Below are positions 36,301-51,649 of a stretch of DNA of 64,000 bases, one piece after another. The notes beneath the pieces are model-generated. The model did not search any database. It was not told where the DNA came from and saw only the letters and a list, made by a program, of their open reading frames with translations. The position numbers and the translations under genes are program-made. Within the stretch, counting starts at the first letter, position 1, and the number at the start of each line of letters is the position of its first letter. Source of the stretch: Macrostomum lignano (Eukaryota). The stretch lies in the NCBI GenBank assembly GCA_002269645.1, contig NIVC01000263.1:62001-126000 (forward strand). The letters are read 5' to 3'.

Positions 36301-39300
36301 CCATGTTCCTTGTCCGGATCCTTCCATGTTCCTTGTCCGGATCCTTCCATGTTCCTTGTCCGAATCCTTCCATTTCCTTGTCCGGATCCTTCCTTGTTCC
36401 TTGTCCGGATCCTTCCATTTTCCTTGTCCGAATCCTTCCATGATCCTTGTCCGACTCCTTCCATGTTCCTTGTCCGAATCCTTCCATGATCCTTGTCTGA
36501 ATCCTTCCATTTTCCTTGTCCGGATCCTTCCATGATCCTTGTCCGAATCCTTCCATGTTCCTTGTCCGAATCCTTCCATGATCCTTGTCCGAATCCTTCC
36601 ATGTTCCTTGTCCGAATCCTTCCATGTTCCTTGTCCAGATCCTTCCATTTTCCTTGTCCGGATCCTTCCTTGTTTCTTGTCCGAATCCTTCCATGTTCCT
36701 TGTCCGGATCCTTCCATGTTCCTTGTCCGAATCCTTCCATGTTCCTTGTCCGGATCCTTCCATTTTCCTTGTCCGGATCCTTCCTTGTTTCATGTCCGGA
36801 TCCTTCTATGTTCCTTGTCCGGATCCTTCCATGTTCCTTGTCCGGATCCTTCCATGTTCCTTGTCCGAATCCTTCCATGATCCTTGTCCGAATCCTTCCA
36901 TGTTCCTTGTCCGAATCCTTCCATGTTCCTTGTCCAGATCCTTCCATTTTCCTTGTCCGGATCCTTCCATGTTCCTTGTCCGAATCCTTCCATGATCCTT
37001 GTCCGAATCCTTCCATGTTCCTTGTCCGAATCCTTCCATGTTCCTTGTCCAGATCCTTCCACTTTCCTTGTCCGGGTCCTTCCATTTTCCTTGTCAGGAT
37101 CCTTCCTTGTTTCTTGTCCGGATCCTTCCATGTTCCTTGTCCGGATCCTTCCATGTTCCTTGTCCGGATCCTTCCATGTTCCTTGTCTGAATCCTTCCAT
37201 GTTCCTTGTCTGAATCCTTCCATGTTCCTTGTCCGGATCATTGTCCTGATTCTTCTGCGAATAATTTTTGGCATCATTGTTTGGAATACGGCCAATGTTG
37301 AAGAGAAATTTCGTCTGTGTTTCAGTTCTTCTGCAATTTGGTTTAGTTGACAAGATAAACCCAAAGCATTAAAATCTCTCAATTACCACAGCGATGACTC
37401 AACCGTGAAGCGAACCTACGACCTCATCGTTGGCTGCGACGGCGCCTTCTCGGCGGTGCGCAAGTCCATGATGCGACACTGCCGCTTCGACTACGAGCAG
37501 CGGTACATCGAACACGGTTACATGGAGATCGCCTTCCCGCCGAGCGAGTCGGGAGGCCACTGCATGGCTACTAACTATCTGCACATCTGGCCACGCAACC
37601 AGTTCATGCTAATCGCCCTGCCCAATCTAGATGGCAGCTTCACTGGCACCATGTTTATGCCGTTCGAATTGTTTGACCAGTTGAAATCACCGGAAGCTGT
37701 TGTCAAGTTCTATCGGGACACATTTCCCGATGCACTTGAGCTGCTGGGCGAGTGAGAATCCAGGCTTTGTTTTAATGACACTTGGTATTTTAACAGAAAT
37801 ATTTCCATTGCCTACCGGCCTCTGCTACGATAACTGTTGGTTCCCGATCCCAGACCCACCCCATAGCTGAGCTGATAAAGCTCCCTCGCAGGCCCAACCG
37901 CACACCCACCATCCCATAGCTCCGCTGATAAAGCTCCCTCGCAGGCCCAACCGCACACCCACCACCCCATAGCTCCGCTGATAAAGCTCTCTCGCAGGCC
38001 CAACCGCACACCCACCACCCCATAGCTCCGCTAATAAAGCTCCCTCGCAGGCCCAACCGCGCACCCACCACCCCATAGCTCCGCTAATAAAGCTCCCTCG
38101 CAGGCCCAACCGCGCACCCACCACCCCATAGCTCCGCTAATAAAGCTCCCTCGCAGGCCCAACCGCACACCCACTACCCCATAGAATCACCGAATATCCA
38201 TTCCACACATCATTACACTGCACTCGTATAATCAGATACCTTCGTCGATATGTCCCAAACTACATGCCCTACGGTCTGGGAATGCAATTACTCTGAGATT
38301 CATATATCCCAAAATATCTTGACTTCTTGTCTTAATCCCATGTCAAGAAACTCGACTGTGTCCAGAAATTTAGCCTAAGGCATGAAGGGCGAGCAGTCCA
38401 GAGTTCCTTAGCAGGGGAATGCAAATTGCATAGCTGCAGTACTTGAAAAATATACTGACCTGTATATACACTGCACTCATTCTGATAATTATTTCTGCTT
38501 AACTATACAACTACGCAGATGAGAGCTATATCACGATGAACTAAGATTCCTTTCCCCGACTCTAGACCTACGCTCTTATACACTGTATAGTTTAGAAATA
38601 AAAATGCGCCCCAGGGGCGGGCAGAGAGGAGGAAGAAGCGCTTAGAGATCAGAGGGCGGTGAGGTCGCGGGCTCGCTGCGAAGAGTGTCAGATATCTAAT
38701 GGGATCCTCTAGTCTATAGCAGCTTACTTACGTGAATGAGGCGGCCAGTGAAGCTGCAGACTTTTCCTGTGGGATTTTTAGTCGGCTTTATTGCTGGTCA
38801 CGGATTTAAGTCAAGTTTTATGTAGTAACTCGCGACATGATATGGCAGAAATTCCATTTCAGACCAATGCCCTGTCAGAGCAATTACCCTGACAAAAGCT
38901 AGACCCCCTCAAAGCAATACCCTAACAAAAGCAATCTCTCAGAGTAATAACCCTGACAAGGGCAATACGCTCTCAGAGCAATACCCCATCAGTAAAAGCC
39001 CTAGCAAGTAAATTACAGCTTCTTACAGCATAAAGTAATTAATTTTCTATCGCTTCTACTGAAAAGTAGCAATTTACGAATCCAGTTTTTAAATCGCCGC
39101 TCACGTTTTGCAGGAAAACAGTCGTTGACACGATTCTAAGTTTGAAAGCGCTGCCTCTGGTTTCAATTCGAGTAAGATTCTCTTTATTCCTACTATTAGT
39201 AGTAATTCAATTCCGATAGGCATTTTTTATGCATCCCTACTATTGGTAAAACAATTCAATACGCTGCAACAAAACTTACAGTGCCAGCCGTATCACCTGA

Positions 39301-42300
39301 ACGACAAGATGCTGATTATTGGCGATGCCGCCCACGCAATGGTGCCGTTCTATGGCCAAGGCATGAACTGTGTAAGAAGACCGCCTCCAGGGACTGCTGA
39401 AGCGAGGCCGCTACTCTCGTAAAAGCTATGGGGGGGCATGCCAATGCTTTGCCCCCCCCCACTTTGTGACCCGTTATGCAAATCAATTATTTTGCTTTAG
39501 AGCGCCAAAATGGGTGCCTGCGGCGCCAAAATAGGTGCCTGCGGCGCCAAAATGGGTGCCTGCGGCGCCAAAATAGGTGCCTGTGGCGCCAAAATGGGTG
39601 CCTGCGGCGCCAAAATGGGTGCCTGCGGCGCCAAAATGGGTGCCTGCGGCGCCAAATTGAGTGCCTGCCTTTGGCGCCAAAATGGGTGCCTGCGGCGCCA
39701 AATTGAGTGCCTGCGGCGCCAAATTGAGTGCCTGCGGCGCCAAATTGAGTGCCTGTGGCGCCAAAATGAGTGCCTGCGGTGCTAAATTGAGTGCCTGCGG
39801 CGCCAAATTGAGTGCCTGCGGCGCCAAATTGAGTGCCTGCGGCGCCAAAATGAGTGCCTGCGGTGCTAAATTGAGTGCCTGCAGCGCCAAAATGGGTGCC
39901 TGCGGCGCCAAATTGAGTGCCTGCGGCGCCAAATTGAGTGCCTGCGGCGCCAAAATGAGTGCCTGCGGTGCTAAATTGAGTGCCTGCAGCGCCAAAATGG
40001 GTGCCTGCGGCGCCAAATTGAGTGCCTGCGGCGCCAAATTGAGTGCCTGTGGCGCCAAAATGAGTGCCTGCGGTGCTAAATTGAGTGCCTGCGGCGCCAA
40101 ATTGAGTGCCTGCGGCGCCAAATTGAGTGCCTGCGGCGCCAAAATGAGTGCCTGCGGTGCTAAATTGAGTGCCTGCAGCGCCAAAATGGGTGCCTGCGGC
40201 GCCAAATTGAGTGCCTGCGGCGCCAAATTGAGTGCCTGCGGCGCCAAAATGAGTGCCTGCGGTGCTAAATTGAGTGCCTGCAGCGCCAAAATGGGTGCCT
40301 GCGGCGCCAAATTGAGTGCCTGCGGCGCCAAATTGAGTGCCTGCAGCGCCAAATTGAGTGCCTGCGGCGCCAAATTGGGTGCCTGCAGCGCCAAAATGGG
40401 TGCCTGCGGCGCCAAATTGAGTGCCTGCGGCGCCAAAATGAGTGCTAACAATACCGATTCCCAAAATAATGTAGGAATTTATTATGTAGAATTTCTGGCT
40501 CTGGATCCCCACACCAAAAAAATCCATTGCGGTTGCGACACCCTGAGCACTAAATTTAAATTTCTAATATCCCACCTTCAGGGCTGCATGGGGTTGTAGC
40601 CTAGTAGTGGTTAAGAGCATCAGACTCACGACTTAAAGGTCGGGGGTTCGATTCCTGATCCCACTCGGAGCAATTTGTGTCCTTGAGCAAGACACTTAAC
40701 TCTGCATTGCTTCAGTTCACCCAGCTGTAAAATGGGTGCCAGCATTAGCTGGGGTAATTGAGGGTGTGTGTGGCGACCCCTCCCCCCCCAACAGCCGTAC
40801 GCAGCCTTCAGATGCACCGCGCAATAGCTGCGGCTGAGCTGTCGGTTGCATATTGAGAATTTAGTGCCGATAATCTGAAAACTTCTAGACCTCCAAAGGA
40901 ACACGCATGATTGATGAAGGGTCTAGCGGCATTTTGCTTCAGTCTCTGAGCATTTCATCCTTGGCTTTCAAAGTTAATTACATCGTACTAATTATCTTAA
41001 TAATTGTTAATTAGGGCTTCGAGGACTGCATCATACTGGACGATTTGATGCAGCAGTTCGGCCATGACTTTGGTGAGTTCACGAGGCCTTACTACCATAG
41101 ACAAAAGTCTGCAACAAGAGATGAACTATATCCATAATGCCTAGCCCTATACCAATGATTTAACCAACAGATTGCCTTTTTCCTGCAGGTAAGGTGCTTC
41201 CGGCTTTCACCAATTCGCGGGTAGAAGACGCGCACGCCATCGTGGACCTGGCTCTTTATAACTACATCGAGGTTCGGATTCTTTTTCAATGTATTTCTTT
41301 GTCATATAGATTTTATCGAAAAAATGTCTTACTTTCTACCCAAACAAGTAGAGTGTTGCGAACATGCTATACTAGCATCAAAAAATAATTTCCAGCCAAA
41401 GCTAAGGAGGAGCCGCACTAGAGAACAGCAAAACAGGCACGTGGTTTTTTAACAGATTGACAGTCAGCCTTGGGGGCCCTGCACCCCAGAATGCACTGCT
41501 GTGCAGGGCTGGTCACGATGTGCCAGTGAGGGCGAGAAAACCTCCACACCCAAATATTGATAAACAACTCTCCCGTGTTTGCTTGTCTTTTTCTTGCAAA
41601 TTGGTTTCCCGATGTCTGCTGCACTCTACATCATCTCGTCACTCTCACCATCTCGTCACTCTCACCTTCTCGTCACTCTTTCATCTTGTCACTCTCACCA
41701 TCTCGTCACTCTCACCTTCTCGTCACTCTTTCATCTTGTCACTCTCACCATCTCGTCACTCTCACCTTCTCGTCACTCTTTCATCTCGTCACTCTCACCA
41801 TCTCGTCACTCTCACCTTCTCGTCACTCTTTCATCTCGTCACTCTCACCATCCCGTCACTCTCACCTTCTCGTCACTCTTTCATCTTGTCACTCTCACCA
41901 TCTCGTCACTCTCACCTTCTCGTCACTCTTTCATCTTGTCACTCTCACCATCTCGTCACTCTCACCTTCTCGTCACTCTCACCTTCTCGTCACTCTTTCA
42001 TCTTGTCACTCTCACCATCTCGTCACTCTCACCTTCTCGTCACTCTTTCATCTCGTCACTCTCACCTTCTCGTCAGTCTCACCTTCTCGTCACTCTTTCA
42101 TCTTGTCACTCTCACCATCTCGTCTCTCTCACCTTCTCGTCACTCTTTCATCTCGTCACTCTCACCATCTCGTCACTCTCACCTTCTCGTCACTCTCACC
42201 TTCTCGTCACTCTTTCATCTTGTCACTCTCACCATCTCGTCACTCTCACCTTCTCGTCACTCTTTCATCTCGTTACTCTCACCTTCTCGTCAGTCTCACC

Positions 42301-43864
42301 TTCTCGTCACTCTTTCATCTTGTCATTCTCACCATCTCGTCACTCTCACCTTCTCGTCACTCTTTCATCTCGTCACTCTCACCATCTGGTCAGTCTCACC
42401 TTCTCGTCACTCTTTCATCTTGTCACTCTCACCATCTCGTCACTCTCACCTTCTCGTCACTCTTTCATCTTGTCACTCTCACCATCTCGTCAGTCTCACC
42501 TTCTCGTCACTCTTTCATCTTGTCACTCTCACCATCTCGTCACTCTCACCTTCTCGTCACTCTTTCATCTTGTCACTCTCACCATCTCGTCACTCTCACC
42601 TTCTCGTCACTCTCACCTTCTCGTCACTCTTTCATCTCGTCACTCTCACCATCTCGTCACTCTCACCTTCTCGTCACTCTTTCATCTCGTCACTCTCACC
42701 ATCCCGTCACTCTCACCTTCTCGTCACTCTTTCATCTTGTCACTCTCACCATCTCGTCACTCTCACCTTCTCGTCACTCTTTCATCTTGTCACTCTCATC
42801 ATCTCATCACCTTCACCTTCTCGTCACTCTTTCGACTTGTCACTCTCATCATCTCATCACCTTCACCTTCTCGTCACTCTTTCGACTTGTCACTCTCATC
42901 ATCTCATCACCTTCACCTTCTCGTCACTCTTTCGACTTGTCACTCTCACCATCTCGTCACTCTTTTATCTCGTCACTCTCATCATCTCGTCACTCTTTTA
43001 TATCGTCACTCTTTCATCTTGTCACTCTTTCAAATTGTCACTCGAATCATCTCATCACTTGATCTCGTCATTCTTCTCTTCTCATCACTTGTATCATCTC
43101 GTCACTCTTTTATCTCGGCACTATTTTTTTCTCGTCACTCTTATCATCTCGTCACTCCCATCATCTCGTCACTCTTATCATCTCGTCACTCCCATCATCT
43201 CGTCACTCTTTCATTAAGCCACTCCCATCATCTCGTCACTCTTTCATGAAGTCACTCCCATCATCGCGTCACTCACATCATCTCGTCACTCCCATCATCT
43301 CGCAATTAATCCTCTATTCACTCCACAATATTCTCAATTTCATTATCACTTTATCCAGGTCTGTACACGCAAATCAGATGCAAGTGTCATAAATCATGCC
43401 ATAAATCTGCCAACAGATGCGCCAATCAGTGAATTCCGTGACATTTCTGTTGCGCAAGAAGCTGGACAACGCACTGAACTGGCTGCTGCCCAACCACTGG
43501 GTCCCGCTGTACACCATGGTGAGCTCCGGTGCCGCTGACTTCCCCTCGTTGACTGGCGCTGCTTTTGATATTGATAGTAGATTGATAACTTGATCCTCCC
43601 CTATCAACAGTTGATTGACAAGCTGACCGCCACCCAACGCGCTCGCAGGTGACCTTCAGCCGCACTCCGTACAGCCGGGCCATCACGGACCGGCGCTGGC
43701 AGGACCGGGTCCTCGGCCGTCTGCTGTGCGCTGCCGCAGTCGCCGCCTCCGTGTGCGCGGCCTGTGCAGCCCACCGGGTTGGGGTGACGCGGGCGCTGCG
43801 GACTCACTGGTCCCAGATGGCGTTCAGGGCCTCGAGAATGATTGAAGGCTTGAGGAAGGCTTGA
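33362..43864 (+). CDS. KMO: Kynurenine 3-monooxygenase (FAD-dependent)
   Basis: Exons 33362-33406, 33522-33916, 37392-37751, 39114-39171, 39282-39371, 41015-41072, 41189-41271, 43417-43518, 43649-43864; phases consistent, 468 aa. Motifs: [66 protein letters not shown], hydrophobic C-terminal anchor. Confidence 0.96.
36295..37240. repeat. 23-bp minisatellite CCATGTTCCTTGTCCGGATCCTT (KMO intron 2)
   Basis: Direct inspection. Confidence 0.95.
37850..38183. repeat. 53-bp tandem repeat (KMO intron 3)
   Basis: ATAAAGCTC recurs at 37875, 37928, 37981 and onward. Confidence 0.95.
39500..40445. repeat. 21-bp minisatellite GCGCCAAATTGAGTGCCTGCG (KMO intron 5)
   Basis: Direct inspection. Confidence 0.95.
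40590..40850 (+). mobile_element. tRNA-derived CORE-SINE (family A), intact head
   Basis: A box TAGCCTAGTAGTGG, B box GGTTCGATTCC, then GTGTCCTTGAGCAAGACACTTAACTCTG...CTTCAGTT...AGCTGTAAAATGGG, which resembles the MIR CORE consensus. Confidence 0.85.
41630..43310. repeat. Hierarchical pyrimidine-rich minisatellite (CTCGTCACTCTCACC(T/A)T and CACTCTTTCATCT subunits; KMO intron 7)
   Basis: Direct inspection. Confidence 0.95.
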
Positions 43865-44028
43865 CTTGCGAACTGTTGAGAACTGATCGGATGCCATTCG
43901 GTGTTCTGATTTCCAGGAAATGATAAATTAAATTCCATTGACAACAAAATTAATCTTACTTAAATATTTTACTTCTGTTCGTAAACTCCCTATTCTGAAG
44001 TACAAGAAAAGTGCGGCAAATAAAGAGA

Positions 44029-44314
<286 letters not shown>

Positions 44315-44924
44315 CTCTTCATCAAATCGCACGGGTGCAGAGGCACGGAAGCTCCCCAACTCCAATTCCCGAGACCCAAGGCAGCTCCTGAGTGGAGCGG
44401 CGCACAGGAAATGCCCGGATCTGCGCAGCGGACTCGGTTCGGTGAAGCGATCAACGACGGAGAAGAAAGAGAGTCGGCACATAAACTAAAAAATCTAATT
44501 GAATCTCTTTGGGGAAATTTTTATATCGGTAGAAACGCATTTGATCTTGGGATGAATGGTGCCCAGTGCATGCTACGGTATTGGTGCAGTCGCACTGTCT
44601 TTCCCGCTAAATAGCGACGCTTGAAAAGCCAACGACGCAGCGCAAAGCAGTACTTTAGTAGGAATATTTCAATTTATTACTATCGTAGACCAGACCGCAG
44701 ACACTAAGCCGCCAACCGCCATCTTGGTGCGCAAGTTTTGTTCCCCTAAGCTCTGCATTGGCTGCCTGCTAGTCTCAGACCAAGTACCCAATGGACCTTT
44801 GAAATGGACTTTTTTATATTTTACTGAATTTAATTGCGGGCTTAGGGCTAAAATTTTATGGGTAACCTGGTCTATTTCTTGCTTACAAATGTGCCTTTTC
44901 TTGCATGCTGAGTGGAGTGAACAT

Positions 44925-45803
44925 TCTGAGGAGAGTCAGAGTGACTATACAGTGCTCCATTCTGGGGAGAGTGACGCGTAGCGGAGCTCCATTCTGAGGA
45001 GAGTGACCTGTAACAGTGCTCAATTCTGAGGAGAGTGACATGTAGCAGTGCTCCATTCTGAGGAGAGTGACATGTAGCAGTGCTCCATTCTGAGGAGAGT
45101 GACATGTAGCAGTGCTCCATTCTGAGGAGAGTGACATGTAGCAGTGCTCCATTCTGAGGAGAGTGACATGTAGCAGTGCTCCATTCTGAGGAGAGTGACT
45201 ATACAGTGCTCCAGTCTGAGGAGAGTGACTATACAGTGCTCCATTCTGAGGAGAGTGACATGTAGCAGTGCTCCATTCTGAGGAGAGTGACGTGTAGGAG
45301 TGCTTTATTCTGAGGAGAGTGACATGTAGCAGAGCTCCATTCTGAGGAGAGTGACGTGTAGCAGTGCTTTATTCTGAGGAGAGTGTCGTGCAGCAGAGCT
45401 CCATTCTGAGGAGAGTGACGTGCAGCAGAGCTCCATTCTGAGGAGAGTGACGTGCAGCAGTGCTCCATTCTGAGGAGAGTGACGTGTAGCAGTGCTTTAT
45501 TCTGAGGAGAGTGTCGTGCAGCAGAGCTCCATTCTGAGGAGAGTGACGTGCAGCAGAGCTCCATTCTGAGGAGAGTGACGTGCAGCAGTGCTCCATTCTG
45601 AGGAGAGTGACGTGCAGCAGTGCTCCATTCTGAGGAGAGTGACGTGCAGCAGAGCTCCATTCTGGGGAGAGTGACGTGTAGCAGTGCTCCATTCTGAGGA
45701 GAGTGACGTGTAGCAGTGCTCCATTCTGAGGAGAGTGACGTGCAGCAGTGCTCCATTCTGGGGAGAATGACGTGTAGCAGTGCTCCATTCTGGGGAGAGT
45801 GAC
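44925..45803. repeat. 32-bp minisatellite GAGAGTGAC(A/G)TG(T/C)AGCAGTGCTCCATTCTGAG
   Basis: Direct inspection. Confidence 0.95.
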
Positions 45804-46649
45804 CTCCTCAGTGGCCTGCTTGCTCCGCGAGTTAATTAATCTATAATAATCTTCCCGTTTGTCAGCATTCGCAACTCAAATTTAAACAATCAGGCGGCAA
45901 ACTGAAGCAGTTAAAAATTCACAATCGAACAAAATTACACGTACGTCAGTTTCACCTGCGTCTTTTCCAGAAACCTCTCCCCAATCTCAAAGCTGCAGGC
46001 GTGACCGTACAACACGTGACATAGCTAATTCCCGTCCCGTATGGGAAATTCCCCAACGAGGATAACTGCCCCTTTTCAAGCACCCAGCATGGCCTTTCGT
46101 GTACTCTCCGGTGTGCATGGCCAAGTGGGGGCATTGACGCGAGCAGCTCGCAGCATTCTATAAATAGAAACCCTCTGCCCATTCCACAAGGCTGTCACGT
46201 GGGGGCGGTCTGTAAGCAATGTGAGGATTGGGTGGGGGTGGGCAAGCAGGGTCGGCAGGGGCAGAGGTTGGAGAGTTGGTTTCTGAGGCCGCATCGTTGG
46301 TAGAGCACGCCCATTTTGAGTGACGCGCATGGTCGGCATGGACTCAAAATTCCACGATTTCAAAGAGTCTTTTAAGGGCAAGGCCGGGACGTTTGGATAG
46401 CCATGGAGAGGCCGAAATCAGGTGACAGAGAGCCCCGTTTTATTTATTTGTCATCATTCAGGTCATTTGCCAGGCCAGTCAGTCAGTCAGGACAGTCAAG
46501 CCAAAAAGAAGAAGTTGTATAGAGCATAGAGGCCAAAGAAATGCGGTAGAGAAGCCAGAGAGAAGCCACAGAAAAGCAATTGAAATACCACAGAAAGGCT
46601 ACAGATAGGCCGAAAAAAGCCATAGTTCACACACACTCAGGCTATAGTC

Positions 46650-46755
46650 AGGCCATAGACAGGCCATAGTCAGGCCATAGTCAGGCTATAGTCAGGCCAT
46701 AGTCAGGCCATAGTCAGGCTATAGTCAGGCCATAGTCAGGCCATAGTTAAGCCAT
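46650..46755. repeat. 10-bp tandem repeat AGTCAGGC(C/T)AT
   Basis: Direct inspection. Confidence 0.9.
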
Positions 46756-47567
46756 AGGGTAAGCGAGGGCGGGTGGATGCGCAGTCTGCCGCCTGCGGAT
46801 GAATGACCACCCGGTGACAAGCGGCACGGATCAAGCTTTGTCATCGAGCAGGCATTACCCGAAAATTACGACAGAGTAATAATGAACTATAAGGACAGGT
46901 AAAATAATAATTGAGTTTTAATAAAAAACCTACCAGCGGCTCCTAATAATTGAGTTTGTTGTTAATCTGACAGTTGGGCAGATTGCAAGGGCTGACGGTT
47001 AAAAGCCCAGCTCAGTGCAGCCGCCCGAAAGTTGGCAGCAACTGGCGCGCTTAAATATGCTTCGAGGAAGAAAATTAGAGGCGCGGACTGACGCAATTGG
47101 CTGGGGCAGGGAATGCCCAATGCATGATTCGTCTCTTATTTTGGCAAGCTGGCTCAGCGCTCTCCCTCCGCCCTTCTCTTGTTCCGTTGTCAATGACAAC
47201 GCAAAAACGCCTTGCCAGGCTGCACACCTCAAGTGCGTCAGCTGGGAGGGTCACCGCGGGGGTGCCGCAGTCCCCCCCTCCCCATGTTTGCGAACTGCAG
47301 CTACCAAGCGCCTCCCTTAACTAAAGTTAAATTTAGGCGCACCGCTGCTTCACATAGACTGTGGGAAGGGGTGGCTGGCCAGATCCAGTTTGCATTGCAT
47401 TGGCGTGAGCCTGCGTCAGTCAGCCAGTGCGTGCGAGGCGCGGGCGGCCATGCACGTAGTAAACCTGACAGCTGCCGAATGGCAAGTCCTTTTATGGCCG
47501 CGCGAGTGGCCGCGTGCTTTGCTGGAGGCTTGCTTGGGCTTGAGTCTTTTGCTCTGCTTATCCATGT

Positions 47568-48255
<688 letters not shown>

Positions 48256-48812
48256 AATGGAAAACTCACAGCTGCCGCACTGATGAGGCAATGAAGAATT
48301 TCATTTTGTCCACGCGAAACTTCCGGCTTGGAGCTGAGTTCAGTGCCGCACAGAGCGATCCCCTGTGTCGCCCAAATTTGGCAAGTCAGGGCGGGGAAGT
48401 CAGGAGCCCCATCGGTTCCCAGTGTTATATCCCCAGAAAAGCCGGCGGGGGAGGAGAGGATCGGAGCTGCGTGAAAGAGCGGACAAGCCCTTCCCCTCTT
48501 TGTCCTCGGTTGAACCCGAACTCGCGCGACCCGTTTCACTTTTTCTTAGTCCAGGAAACTGCAGGGCGGCTCCTCCCTTGACGGGTTCATCTGAGGTCAC
48601 AGGCCGGCCCGGCCCAGCCTCTTCTGCCGCGTGCAAGAAAGGGCCAGGATTATCTTATGAAGCTTGAAGGAATGATGAGTAGTTGGACCAATAATCCCAT
48701 CTGAGCATGTCCATCGGGAATCATTCTCCTCGCCTCGCTCACTCTCGGTGTTCACTCGCGCTGAGCGCTCAGTTCAACTGAGGACAGCGAGGTCCGGAGA
48801 AGGAGACCGAAC

Positions 48813-49150
<338 letters not shown>

Positions 49151-50589
49151 GACATGTGTACGACTTCAAGCAAGAGTGAGCCAGTCATTTGGAAGAGGCT
49201 GCGATATCATAATACTTTACTCCTCATCACAATAAACTTTGCTGGAATTTTAATTGGGCCCTCAAATTTGCAGTCCCCACCCACACAGCCGGCAACAGGG
49301 GCACTGTGGACCAACCTGAGGGCCAACTATTAAAAGCAGTCTGCACATGACTCAGCGGTGTTGGTGCACTAAAATGAATATACGGTATTCTCAAACCCTA
49401 CCTCGTAAATGCAAATTGAGACTGAGTTTTGCACTTGTGCCGGGCATCGCGGCAGCCGTATGCTATTCAGTGGGAAGTAACATGAAATGTTCTCAGCGCC
49501 TCTCTCCCTCTACGTCTCTCATCTATTCTCGACTAAAGAAGTTGAAACGTGCCACAGCATGCCTGGCTGCTTCTTTAAACAGTTTTTGCGGTCCCAAGCT
49601 ATGTCTAGCCTTGCATTGCCGGTTGTCTTAACAGTGATTAAAACTTAAAAATTTATTTCTTTTATAACCTCATATAAATCAATTTACATAATTGATTTGT
49701 TAGGCGCCAGCAGGTGCTGAGGCGCCTTCACCAGAGATTCTGGCAGGTGCAGCAGAGGCGCCTTCATCAAAGATGCTGGTAGGTTGCGGAGGCGCCTTTA
49801 TCAGAGATGCTGACAGGTGCAACAAAGGCACCATCATCAGAGATGCTGGCATGTGCAGCAAAGGCGCCTTCATCAGAGATGCTGGCAGGTGCAGCAAAGG
49901 CGCCATCATCAGAGATTCTGGCAGGTGCAGAGGCGCCATCCCAGCCGCATTAAGCTATGAAAAAAACAAGTTAGATAAGATCTTCTTCGACGCATATGCA
50001 ACCGAATTTGCTGTCATACGCTTGAGTTTATCAAAGCTTTAGTTTTCTTAACCAACCGTGCATCCTACAAGCTGAGGGATGCAGTGAACTTCACCTCAGA
50101 TGCACCCAGCTAGCAGCAGGGCACACGATCTAAGTGCTTGAATGCTTCTAGATCACTAATAGGTAGTGGCTAGATAATATCAAGCTCAATAATCAAGTTA
50201 TTTTGAGCATAGTTTCACCAAAAAGATGGCCCAACACCGTGCTTTTATTAGTCTTCTTCCCAAATCTCTAGAGCTTTAGGAATAAAAGTTTTAGAAATAA
50301 TAATGCGACAATATTTCTGTCCAAAGCTTCTAGTGCAACTCAATTAAATTTTGAGGTCACAACGCTGAAACAGAAAATTCATTTACCCTTTGTGTCCTCG
50401 GAGTGACCTCAAACTAAGCTACCGCAGTACAAAATTCAAAAGCGCGTTGCAAATGTTTCTAAAATACAATTTTCTACTGGTCTACTGTTAGTAGGCATTT
50501 CAGTACAGTATAATACGAAAATGTGTGACGAAGTTTAATTATAGATTTTATTGGATTGCCAATTTAAGGGTCGGGACGTTATGTTAATA

Positions 50590-51220
50590 TTAGGTCTTTG
50601 TCAGAGTCATTACAGGTGTGTGTCAGGGTCATCACAGGTGTGTGTCAGGGTCATCACAGGTGTGTGTCAGGGTCATTACAGGATGTGTCAGAGTCGTATG
50701 TCAGAGTCATTACAGGTGTGTCAGGGTCATTACAGGTGCGTGTCAGGGTCATCACAGGTGTGCGTCAGGGTCATCACAGGTGTGTGTCAGGGTCATCACA
50801 GGTGTGTGTCAGGGTCATTACAGGTGTGTGTCAGGGTCATTACAGGTGTGTGTCAGGGTCATCACAGGTGTGTGTCAGGGTCATTACAGGTGTGTGTCAG
50901 GGTCATTACAGGTGTGTGTCAGGGTCATCACAGGTGTGTGTCAGGGTCATTACAGGTGTGTGTCAGGGTCATCACAGGTGTGTGTCAGGGTCATCACAGG
51001 TGTGTGTCAGGGTCATTACAGGTGTGTGTCAGGGTCATCACAGGTGTGTGTCAGGGTCATCACAGGTGTGTTTCAGGGTCATCACAGGTGTGTGTCAGGG
51101 TCATTACATCGTGTTTCAGGGTCATCACAGGTGTGTGTCAGGGTCATCACAGGATGTGTCAGGGTCTTGTGTCAGAGTCATTACAGGTGTGTGTCAGGGT
51201 CTTTATAGATGTGTCAGAGA
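50590..51220. repeat. 22-bp minisatellite TGTGTCAGGGTCAT(C/T)ACAGGTG
   Basis: Direct inspection. Confidence 0.95.
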
Positions 51221-51649
51221 TTACAATTCTGTTTTAGGGTTCACTGGAGGGTCAGAGCCTCTGTATAAACAATTTTTATAAATCGATGTGACGCAACTTT
51301 TTGATTTTGAACGAGTTTACTTTGTTTAAGTGAAATGTTAGAAGCAAATCCCTGTGCATTAGTGGCTGTTAAATACAGTTACAGAATGCTTGGTAGATAT
51401 GAGAGAGCAAAGCACAATAACATGGGCAGGAGTTAATGATGCAATTAAATAGTAAATATTTTTTTTTGCATGTGTGAGAATTCTGAGTACAGGTCATTTA
51501 AGGTTGAGTAAGGTGAATGAGGCACTTTAGTAAACTAGCTGGGGGCGACTGTCTGGGTTAGGGTTTTTCCTGGGATCTGCAACTGGCTGGCAAACAGGTT
51601 GTTGACCACTACAGCTAAACTGACAGGTACGGGTAGAGACACTCAGAAA

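Noticed and set aside
40590-40660. Functional tRNA gene
   Set aside because: No complete acceptor stem; it runs into a SINE body shared with 21838-22080. The same applies to the head near 29660.
44700-44730. YY1-like CCGCCATCTT motif suggesting a further minus-strand gene
   Set aside because: The associated ATG frame stops after 17 codons and no consistent exon chain was found.
45900-47560. GC-richer unique blocks that might be LINE or gene fragments (also 48256-48810, 59180-59990 and 63015-63407)
   Set aside because: No recognisable domain motifs or in-phase splice pairs by eye; a translated search is needed.
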